NCBI GenBank assembly: GCA_963834215.1
Contig: CAWIAM010000015.1
Coordinates: 43,881-107,880 of the forward strand
Direction of reading: 5' to 3'
Length of the DNA stretch: 64,000 bases
From: an uncultured Acidobacteriota bacterium
Lineage (GTDB): Bacteria; Acidobacteriota; Terriglobia; Acidiferrales; UBA7541
Below the pieces are notes generated by a model, which saw only the letters and a program-made list of their open reading frames with translations, did not search any database and was not told the origin of the DNA. How positions within the stretch are numbered: position 1 is the first letter of the stretch; the number at the start of each line of letters is the position of its first letter. The position numbers and the translations under genes are program-made. This document shows, one piece after another, positions 17,170 through 24,809 of this stretch.

Positions 17170-18359
17170 TGGTGATTGGTTGTTCCTTTGAGGGTCTGCG
17201 AATGGCATTCCCCACAGGTATCCGCGAATGTGTGGCAAGTAAAACAACTCCGTTCGTTGAGCATGGCAAGCTGCGCGTGACCGCCAGCTTTGAATTGCGC
17301 CAGCGGCATGTGGCTGCGCGGCGTCTCATTGTGGCAGCGGCTGCAAAAATCAGTTACGTGACACACCGAGCAGTTCGTACGGTCCAGCGCCGCATATTTT
17401 CCGTGGACGTCGTCCTTCCAGCGCGCGGTGTGCGATACGGGCATCATCACCTGGTGGCAACCAATGCATTCCTGCTGGCCGACGGCTGACGGCGCGACGT
17501 TCATGTGGCAAACAAAACAGGGCGCGCCCGCCTGGGACGCTTGGTCACCGTGATGGAGTCGGAAAGCTTCCGTATGCGATGGCGGCTTGACGATGCTGGA
17601 GTGAATCTCCGGCATTGGGCCGGATTGTACATCCACATGACAAACCTGGCAATTGGACATCTGAAAGTTAGATCCCAGGGTCTTCGATATGTCATGGCAA
17701 TTCACGCAGTCCGCCATTTTCGGCAGATCGAGGTTGGCAAGATTGGTGCTTTCGGCGATACCGTAGTGGCACGTCGTGCAATCGAGATGGTATGCGTCGC
17801 GATTCTTGAAATGCTCGGCGTGCGAAAATTGAATTTGCGGATATTTCCCTGAAACTACAAAAGAGGCCAGTTGGCGGTGAACCGTCGCGACGCTGGGATT
17901 TTCGATCTCTTCCGGCCGGTGGCACCCTCGGCAGTCCGCTGTCGTTGACTTCTCGCTGAGCAGCGGTTTCATTCCAGCCTTGGAATGGCAGCCGGCGCAA
18001 ATCACGTGATTCCCGAACGACGCATACGCGCCATCGTCCTGGAAATGATGGCAGAAGGTGCAGTCCGCGCGGAATCCGGTACGCGCATCCACTCGCGTAT
18101 GCGGATCCACGTGCCGCGCGTGCGAGAAATCGAAGACGATCGGCTGCTCGCCCTTGTAGCGCGGGAACGGCAGCAGATCTTCGGAGCTGGTCGGCGGAAA
18201 CACCGAATGGCACTGCACGCAAACCTTTTTCTTGATGTCTTTATCAAAATCGTCTTGATGGCAAGGCGTACATTGATCGTGGCCGGGACGTTGCAAGACC
18301 ACCGAGCCCGCCTTCGTCGCCACATGGCAGGCGTCACAATCCAGGCCCACTTGCTTCAA
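17166..18359 (-). CDS. 15-heme c-type cytochrome (c7-like repeats), main body; the N-terminus appears displaced by a frameshift
   Basis: 397 aa with 15 CXXCH motifs (about one per 27 aa). It has no signal peptide in this frame. The signal peptide is in the overlapping ORF 18334..18537 (see findings). Confidence 0.85.
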   Translation of the reverse strand: MKQVGLDCDACHVATKAGSVVLQRPGHDQCTPCHQDDFDKDIKKKVCVQCHSVFPPTSSEDLLPFPRYKGEQPIVFDFSHARHVDPHTRVDARTGFRADCTFCHHFQDDGAYASFGNHVICAGCHSKAGMKPLLSEKSTTADCRGCHRPEEIENPSVATVHRQLASFVVSGKYPQIQFSHAEHFKNRDAYHLDCTTCHYGIAESTNLANLDLPKMADCVNCHDISKTLGSNFQMSNCQVCHVDVQSGPMPEIHSSIVKPPSHTEAFRLHHGDQASQAGAPCFVCHMNVAPSAVGQQECIGCHQVMMPVSHTARWKDDVHGKYAALDRTNCSVCHVTDFCSRCHNETPRSHMPLAQFKAGGHAQLAMLNERSCFTCHTFADTCGECHSQTLKGTTNHQ

Positions 18360-18537
18360 GTGGAAGATCGTGCAAGTAAAAAGGCGCCTCCGTGGAGGCT
18401 GCGGTTTGCGATGTGGACTGCGAAGACGATGCCGCCTGGTTTTTTGCGGACGATCGCAAACCGAGCGCGCCCATCGCGACCAACAGGCACACTGCCGCGA
18501 CGCAGAGCTTAGACAGGGAGTTGTGTCTAGGCCCCAT
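18334..18537 (-). CDS. Signal-peptide-encoding 5' fragment that most likely belongs to the 15-heme cytochrome gene
   Basis: MGPRHNSLSKLCVAAVCLLVAMGALG... is Sec-signal-like. It starts immediately after the stop of the beta-barrel gene (18538). It joins the cytochrome frame if one T of the T5 run (plus-strand AAAAA at 18377-18381) is removed. Confidence 0.55.
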   Translation of the reverse strand: MGPRHNSLSKLCVAAVCLLVAMGALGLRSSAKNQAASSSQSTSQTAASTEAPFYLHDLPLEASGPGL

Positions 18538-20199
18538 TCAGTATTTCCACATCACGCCGAAACGAAATGTCTGGCTGTTTTGTATGTCGGGCCGAAACAC
18601 CGGGAAGTCCGAATCCAACCCGTAGTCCATGAAGACTCGCGTCTTGGGGTCGAGGGTGAAGGAAGCGTTTGCCAGCACGCCCTTGTCGTGCGCATCAGTG
18701 ATGGTGGTAAACAGATCGTGGAAATTCAGTTGGCGGTAGTATCCGCCAGCTCTCAAGTGGAGACGCCCGTCCAAAAAGCTGCGCCCGATTTCCAGACTGT
18801 AATCTTGTATTTGGGTCTCCCCAGTCGTGCTGAGGTCGTCGAACTGCGTCGGCGGCACGCCAGTTCCTGAGCGGTTGTCTGCATTCCGGAGATGATATTC
18901 CGCGAATAGGTCAACTTTCTTCCATGGAAAAATCTGCGCGTTGGCGCGGAAATCTTGAAACGAAGTGTCGAACGGCCCGGTGTTCTCCGTCTTGGTCAGC
19001 TGCCGTATCCAGATGGAACCGCCCAGACGCAGCCTGGCATTCAGCGCCCGCGATCCGTCAATCACGAATTGCGTGTACGGTTGCAAAGGCCCCAGATTCA
19101 GCCGCGTGAGCGTGTTGTATGGATCGTTGTCTCGCGCCGCTTCGGTGTAGTCGAAGAAATAGTCCTTGTCGGAAAGTTTGGCGGCATACGACACTCGCAG
19201 TGACGTCTTGCCGTCGCTTGGATTCCACATCAAATCCCCGCTGACATCCGTGGGAGAACTACCTACCATCCGGTAACTCACGCCAAACAGCCACGAGCTT
19301 CCGATATTCTGCCGGTAGCGGATGGAGTTTGTTCCCTGGATGTAATACAGCGTGTCATATTCCAAGCTGACGTTTTCGTTGAATCGGAAGAGGAAGTTGC
19401 CTCCCCCGATCGCTCGCTGTTGCGGATCGGAGTAGTAGGTAAACCGGCGACCCGCATAAATCATCCAGGAAAACCGGCGCCGGTTCATCGTGAACGAAGC
19501 GCCGTCCATCTGCGCCAGTTCCGCTCCGTAAACGTACTGGCGGCCCAGTCGCAGGCTGGTCCCGGCAAAGTCGCCGTCCGTCGGCCGCCCGTTGATATCT
19601 ATATACCCGGACATTAGTTGCAGGCGGCGATTCGAGCCGAAGGTATTAAGGATGTCGAGTTGCGGCGACGCGGACGAGACATGAGTTAGATCCTGCCCGT
19701 AAGCAAACGAGAAATTGGAATTCACGCGATCGGATAGCCAGCCCTGCGTGCCCCAATTCAAGAAGCTGTACATCACATTCGTGTCGGACTGAAAAGCCGA
19801 GGGAAACGGAATTCCCGCAGGATTGAACGTGCCGGTGATCGGAGCGTCAATCACGCCCGTCGCAGTCGGAAGCCCCGTGAAATACGTCTGCGTCCGCAAG
19901 TACTCGGTGCGGGTGCTCATGAAAAAATGATTCAGAAAATCGCCCGCGGGAGAGGATTCGCGAGGAGTTTGCACAACGGTCAGCGCAGCGTCGGGAGCAC
20001 TTTGGGGAATCGCGTCTTTGAGCAAGTTATCCCAGGCCGCGCCGATGCTCGGGCTGCTTGCCGCCGGCTGATCTCCAGGGGCGGAGGCCGGTCGAGCGTT
20101 CGTTCCCGTCAAGAAGAAGAGAACGGCAACGCCGGTCGCCAACTGTCGCGAAATCACTCGAAAGCAATTCGGCACTCGGTCCCCTCGCCCAACAGCCAA
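18538..20199 (-). CDS. Outer-membrane beta-barrel protein (porin-like), unknown family
   Basis: 553 aa. Signal-like N-terminus, alternating amphipathic strand pattern rich in Y/G/N/D/R, and a C-terminal beta-signal-like ...FRFGVMWKY ending in an aromatic residue. Confidence 0.7.
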   Translation of the reverse strand: MAVGRGDRVPNCFRVISRQLATGVAVLFFLTGTNARPASAPGDQPAASSPSIGAAWDNLLKDAIPQSAPDAALTVVQTPRESSPAGDFLNHFFMSTRTEYLRTQTYFTGLPTATGVIDAPITGTFNPAGIPFPSAFQSDTNVMYSFLNWGTQGWLSDRVNSNFSFAYGQDLTHVSSASPQLDILNTFGSNRRLQLMSGYIDINGRPTDGDFAGTSLRLGRQYVYGAELAQMDGASFTMNRRRFSWMIYAGRRFTYYSDPQQRAIGGGNFLFRFNENVSLEYDTLYYIQGTNSIRYRQNIGSSWLFGVSYRMVGSSPTDVSGDLMWNPSDGKTSLRVSYAAKLSDKDYFFDYTEAARDNDPYNTLTRLNLGPLQPYTQFVIDGSRALNARLRLGGSIWIRQLTKTENTGPFDTSFQDFRANAQIFPWKKVDLFAEYHLRNADNRSGTGVPPTQFDDLSTTGETQIQDYSLEIGRSFLDGRLHLRAGGYYRQLNFHDLFTTITDAHDKGVLANASFTLDPKTRVFMDYGLDSDFPVFRPDIQNSQTFRFGVMWKY

Positions 20200-20217
20200 T
20201 CTATTTATCGAACCAAA

Positions 20218-21009
20218 CTATTTCTCCCGCGCCAGCGCCTGAATTTGGTTGTTCGCCAGCGCAATCCGCCACGGATAGACGTCGCTGTGCCACTGCGTCG
20301 CCTGTACGTACGATTGCAGCTCGCTCTTGGCCAGGCTGTTCTGTCCCGTCGCTTCGTATACCTGCGCCAGCTCCCAGTGCACCTTCGAATTGTTTGCCAT
20401 GTCGGCCGTGAGCGCGATGGATTGCGGCGTCACGGGAGAAAGCGCCAATTCCGCCTGGTATGCGGTCACGGCGTTGGCGTACGCCTGCTGCTGGGTCGTC
20501 GGATCGGTGGCTTGCTGCGCCTCGATCACGTACGTCTCGGCGATCAGCGTATTGACCCCGAGCCTTTGCGGATCGATTTGCAGCACTTCCTGGAACAGCT
20601 CAATAGCCGCGCTGGGATTGGTTTCGCGCCACAAATAGCCGAGTCGCATCCGCACCGTGAACATGCACGGAGCAGGCGTCAATTGCGATGGCACCGCTCC
20701 ATTCACCAAAGTGGCCGCTGTAACGATCTGGCAGGTTTGGCTCTGGATGCTGTTCATCGAGAGCGACGTTTGATAATCGCTAAGCGCATCGGGCACGTCA
20801 TTTAAGTCATCCTGGTAGTGCATCCCGCGTTGCAGGTAGTCCCAGGCATTCTGCGGCTGCGTGATGCCCAGCAAATTCCAATCAATCTTGCCCTCGAAAT
20901 AAAACGGATTGCGGTTTGGGATAGTTCGGATTGGTGCTCGTGGTGCCCGTCGTCTGGTAAGCGCGCGTCTTCGCGAAGACGGCGACAAGCACCACCGCAA
21001 GGGCCACAA
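20218..21009 (-). CDS. TPR-like repeat protein; the N-terminus appears displaced by a frameshift
   Basis: 263 aa. Helical repeat region (AIELFQEVLQIDPQ..., YANAVTAYQAELALSP..., HWELAQVYEATGQ...). The first ~30 aa of the listed ORF are Arg-rich and implausible. Confidence 0.65.
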   Translation of the reverse strand: MWPLRWCLSPSSRRRALTRRRAPRAPIRTIPNRNPFYFEGKIDWNLLGITQPQNAWDYLQRGMHYQDDLNDVPDALSDYQTSLSMNSIQSQTCQIVTAATLVNGAVPSQLTPAPCMFTVRMRLGYLWRETNPSAAIELFQEVLQIDPQRLGVNTLIAETYVIEAQQATDPTTQQQAYANAVTAYQAELALSPVTPQSIALTADMANNSKVHWELAQVYEATGQNSLAKSELQSYVQATQWHSDVYPWRIALANNQIQALAREK

Positions 21010-21043
21010 GGGCTAACATTGGGTACCGATAGCGGATTTTCAT
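20882..21043 (-). CDS. Signal-anchor-encoding 5' fragment that most likely belongs to the TPR gene
   Basis: 53 codons, below the ORF-track cutoff. MKIRYRYPMLALVALAVVLVAVFAKTRAYQTTGTTSTNPNYPKP... The ATG at 21043 forms an ATGA overlap with the stop of the pentaheme gene. Removing 1 nt in CCCAAA (about 20905-20912) joins it to ...NPFYFEGKIDWN of the TPR ORF. Confidence 0.45.
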   Translation of the reverse strand: MKIRYRYPMLALVALAVVLVAVFAKTRAYQTTGTTSTNPNYPKPQSVLFRGQD

Positions 21044-23211
21044 TGTGTCAAACTCACAGTCGTATCATCCGAAGCGATGCTCTTGATGTTCTTCAGGTAC
21101 GTATCAATCAGTTGTTCATTCACGAGATTCAGATTGTTCCCCGTGGGCCCGTTCGCGCCCGTTACTCCAGCCAGGAACCGCATGAAAAGTGGGGGGAAAT
21201 GCTCGAAATTCACTTGCGCATGGACGTGCAACGGCCCCTGCAGCGTCACACCGATCGCCTGCAGCTGCTGCTGAGTTGGCAATTGAATTTCGTAATTGTA
21301 AGTACGCGGCTGCAACGGCTGCAACGAGCGGAAATTATCCACGGTATTAGCCAGTGCAGCCTGGAAGGTCTCTTCGAAATGCACACCCTGCGCCGTCACC
21401 GGCAATCCCGTGGTCGCGTCAATGCGCCCGATCGCCTGGCCTGGGAGGAAAATGTGAGTCAGCTCGTTTCGGAAAAGGACCAAACCTTCCGGCGCCCCCA
21501 AAAAGACGCGCGCGTCCGGCCCGTCATCCGGGCCTGCTTCAAACACCAGATTGTTGCCGCCGTTTGTCCCGGTTCCGCTCGTGTAGGTGGCAGTATGCGA
21601 ACCCGGATCTACGACTGCATGGAGATGCTCGAGGTCTTCATCGTCCAGGTTGCCGTCCGGTGCCTGTTCTCCGGTGTTCGGATGCGGCTTGTCAACCACG
21701 TATCCGGATTGGTAAAGCAGGAATCCATTGTTGTCCGTCACCGCCAGCTGCACGTAAACGGTCCGCTCTTGCGAGAATCCCGCTGGCAGGCGATGTCCCG
21801 TCAGTGACACTGCCTCCAATCGCACCGTGAAAGCTTGGCCGACTTGGGCCGTCGTATCTGTCTTGCTCAAGCTGATACGCGCAGCCGCATGCATCAGGTC
21901 CGCGCGCCGCGTCGCCAGTCCGTTCGGCACACCGTGCGAATCCGTTCCGGTCGCGTAGGGATCAGGGTAACCCGCGCCCAGCCGTGCGCTCAGCTCAGCT
22001 ACCGACAACAGCGGGACGTCCACTCCGGTGAAATAGTGTTCCACCACCTTGCGCAGTGAAAGCGGAGCGTTCTGGTCCGTGGATACACCCGGAACTGCCG
22101 CATAGTCGGTGGCAAACACGGCCGGCGTCGGGCTCGTCACCGTCATATCGCCAACTTGGTAGGTTGACGTGCCTGCGTAGGGAAACAGCGACATATGGCA
22201 GTCCTGGCAGCGCACGATCTGGCCGAACGGATTGTTTGTGCTGTTATAGGGACCGATCATCCACTCCGTGCTCAGGTTTTCGAGCCGGAAGTAGCTCACG
22301 TTCTGTCCACCGGGGTTCAAGTTGTGCGCCTCGGCCGTCAGATTCACATTCGGCACGAATACGTTGTGGCACGTATTACAAAAGGCTCCAGAGCGCAGAA
22401 ATGCGATCTGGGTCGGATTATTGTTGGCCACATGGAAATTGTTCTTCACGGCCACTGGAAACAAGAACGGACCCGTTTTCAGATCCGTTTGATTCAGCAG
22501 CAGGCTCGTGTTCCCAATGCCATCCATTCCGAAGCTGCGGTTGATGTCCGGCCCGTTTTCGTCGTGGCAGAAATCACAGGTAATTCCCGCGGCGCCCAAG
22601 GATGGCAGCGCACCGGCGGGAGGCTCTGCTCCCGGAGTCGGCGGCAAGAGCTGGTTCCCGTTCTCGTCCACCTCGACGTAGTCTCGCAGCGGCCGGAACA
22701 GTTGCGGTTGAAAACACTGCAGACCGGCAGCGGGCGCGGGATTGCAGGTGCCCAGGCCCGCGAGCTGCGGAACTTCCCGCATCGTCGGATCGTTACCCAG
22801 AACCTCGATGTCTGCGTTGTGGCAAGTAAAGCAGAACCCGGCCTGCACCTGCCGAGTCTCCTTCAGGACCGGCGTCGTATACATATTGGTGTTCAACGGA
22901 GTTCCGTCCGGCAACACGACGGTACTGTCCGAATACACTGGCCGCAGCAAGCCGCCGTTCGCCAGATTGCCGGCGGATTCGAGGCCGTTGAACAATGGAC
23001 TCACGTTGCGATACCCCGACTTCACCGCACTATGAAGTTCGTTGTACTGACGTTGATGGCAAGGCAGGCAGTTTTCTGGCCGTTGGAAGGCCTGGGGTCT
23101 AAAGCCAACTTGCGGCGGATTGGGATTACTCTGCACCTGCGTGCCGCAGCCTAATTCGAGCAGAGCTAGGAGAGACACGCAGATCGTTGCCGCCAAAACT
23201 CGGGGTCGCAC
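21040..23211 (-). CDS. Pentaheme c-type cytochrome lipoprotein (723 aa)
   Basis: Lipoprotein signal with lipobox LLELGC, and five CXXCH motifs (CLPCH, CFTCH, CDFCH, CNTCH, CQDCH) in the first ~350 aa. The large C-terminal region has no heme motifs. GTG start with AGGA 9 nt upstream. Confidence 0.85.
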   Translation of the reverse strand: MRPRVLAATICVSLLALLELGCGTQVQSNPNPPQVGFRPQAFQRPENCLPCHQRQYNELHSAVKSGYRNVSPLFNGLESAGNLANGGLLRPVYSDSTVVLPDGTPLNTNMYTTPVLKETRQVQAGFCFTCHNADIEVLGNDPTMREVPQLAGLGTCNPAPAAGLQCFQPQLFRPLRDYVEVDENGNQLLPPTPGAEPPAGALPSLGAAGITCDFCHDENGPDINRSFGMDGIGNTSLLLNQTDLKTGPFLFPVAVKNNFHVANNNPTQIAFLRSGAFCNTCHNVFVPNVNLTAEAHNLNPGGQNVSYFRLENLSTEWMIGPYNSTNNPFGQIVRCQDCHMSLFPYAGTSTYQVGDMTVTSPTPAVFATDYAAVPGVSTDQNAPLSLRKVVEHYFTGVDVPLLSVAELSARLGAGYPDPYATGTDSHGVPNGLATRRADLMHAAARISLSKTDTTAQVGQAFTVRLEAVSLTGHRLPAGFSQERTVYVQLAVTDNNGFLLYQSGYVVDKPHPNTGEQAPDGNLDDEDLEHLHAVVDPGSHTATYTSGTGTNGGNNLVFEAGPDDGPDARVFLGAPEGLVLFRNELTHIFLPGQAIGRIDATTGLPVTAQGVHFEETFQAALANTVDNFRSLQPLQPRTYNYEIQLPTQQQLQAIGVTLQGPLHVHAQVNFEHFPPLFMRFLAGVTGANGPTGNNLNLVNEQLIDTYLKNIKSIASDDTTVSLTQ

Positions 23212-23263
23212 GTTGGTTGTCCTACAAGGAAAATATGGGCGACAGCCTATATCATAAAGAACA

Positions 23264-23584
23264 TCATTGCAATTCCTTTGGTGTCACACGCCTGAATGCT
23301 GTGAGTTCCGCTAATTCGTCCTGAACGTTCCGACCCCCGTGGAATGCGAATTGTCGTAGGGATCGGCCGCCACGCAGAGCTTCTGTTTCATCGAAGGAAC
23401 AGGCCTGCCGGTTGTTGACGGAAAGCGTTCGAACGTAATGGGACCAATGTAGCGGAAACGGGGTTGGGCGACGCGAGCCTGCGGATTTCGCAAACGTCGT
23501 CTGCGGATTCTCCTGTGGACCGCCGGAACTGCCCGCAAAGGTGCGACCAAGAATTCCCGGATCGTCCAGGGGGACGTGCTCCAC
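23264..23584 (-). pseudogene. Remnant of a DUF1016/YhcG-like (PDDEXK nuclease family) gene, N-terminal part only
   Basis: ...PFPLHWSHYVRTLSVNNRQACSFDETEALRGGRSLRQ... matches the conserved LSWSHY..LL.V.....R.FYE.EA..GGWSVRQL block of DUF1016 proteins. The remainder (about 250 aa) is missing and the downstream frame is degenerate. Confidence 0.4.
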
Positions 23585-23645
23585 AAAGACCAGCTGAATC
23601 CGGCGATGGCAGGTCAGGATATTGCTCGCCTGCCGTGCTCGCGGC

Positions 23646-24725
23646 TCAGGGTTGCGCCGGACTTGCTTGCGGCTGCGCTGCCGAAACAGTTTCCGACGAA
23701 GATCGAGAAGTTCGGAGGCGATATCCGGCGCGCGTTCGCACGTGGTACTTCTTGGATTGGCCGTTCGCGAGCTTCACGGAAATGGTACGCCAGCCGCGGT
23801 TGGGATTCGGCAACGGGTAGTAACTGAGAGAATAGAGGTGAGCCAAGTCGTCACGGATAGAAGCAAACGCGTTTTGTTCGTCTTTCCAGTTCCTGGCGAA
23901 ATAGACTTTGCCGCCGGTGGCAGCGGTCATGCGTTGAAATACGGCGTTCGAAATCGGTTCGATGTGCGCTTCTTCGGTACTAACCATGTAGATGGTTGTG
24001 CCGGTTGATTGCGCCAACTCGGCCACCTGCTCGGGCGGCACCGTGCTGGCATTGTCAGGCCCATTGGAGAAAACCACGACTACTTTTCTTCCGACGAAGT
24101 GCGCGGCATCTTGCACCGTCAACAAAAGGCAATTGTAGAGTGCGGCATCATCTCCAGCCACCGTGGTGCGCGCGACGCGCAAGACTTGTGCTCGATCCGC
24201 GGTCAGTACCGTGCCGCGGGAAAGGTCGCGGCTGTAGGAATAGAACGCCACTTTGTCCGCGCCCTCGAGGGAGCGAACGAAATCAGCAATCGCATCCTGC
24301 GCAAACACAAAACCTCGGTACATGTAGTTGCTGGTGTCGAACAGAACAAACACGTTGGCACCTGTCACCAAAGATGAAAGCTCGCTTGCAGAAACTCGCT
24401 CGCCAGGGTCCCTGTGCGGATCCTCGGGAGGATCGGGCGGCTTGGCGTCTGACGGCGACGCGTTCGGCACGGCACGGACGGTTTCGTTGCCTTCGCCGAA
24501 CCTGGCGATGCTTTCGGGGATCCCGTCCTCGGTGACGACGAAATCTTGCGGACGCAGTCCGGTAATGTACTTGCCTTTGCCGTCGGTCACGGCCACGTTC
24601 AACTGAACCAAGTCCACGGTGACGTTGATGCGCGGCGGGTTCGTTTGCTGGGCTACAGCGGGGGTTGCCAAGAAAGCAGAAAATCCGAAGCAAAAACTGA
24701 TAAAGAGGAAGAGTCGCTTGAGCAT
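23646..24725 (-). CDS. VWA-domain protein (Acidobacteria-type VWFA-related family)
   Basis: Signal peptide MLKRLFLFISFCFGFSAFLATPAVAQ, then INVTVDLVQLNVAVTDGKGKYITGLRPQDFVVTEDG, the VWA core VFVLFDTSNYM...VVVVFSNGPDN, and the C-terminal WRTISVKL...YHVRTRAGY. ATG at 24725 has GAGG upstream and is preferred over 24755. Confidence 0.85.
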   Translation of the reverse strand: MLKRLFLFISFCFGFSAFLATPAVAQQTNPPRINVTVDLVQLNVAVTDGKGKYITGLRPQDFVVTEDGIPESIARFGEGNETVRAVPNASPSDAKPPDPPEDPHRDPGERVSASELSSLVTGANVFVLFDTSNYMYRGFVFAQDAIADFVRSLEGADKVAFYSYSRDLSRGTVLTADRAQVLRVARTTVAGDDAALYNCLLLTVQDAAHFVGRKVVVVFSNGPDNASTVPPEQVAELAQSTGTTIYMVSTEEAHIEPISNAVFQRMTAATGGKVYFARNWKDEQNAFASIRDDLAHLYSLSYYPLPNPNRGWRTISVKLANGQSKKYHVRTRAGYRLRTSRSSSETVSAAQPQASPAQP

Positions 24726-24809
24726 GATGGACCTCGATGATACTGACTGCCTCATTTTCGCGGATGTTGCCGGGCAGAGTGGATTGCCCGACCTCGCTGT
24801 AGGCGCCGC

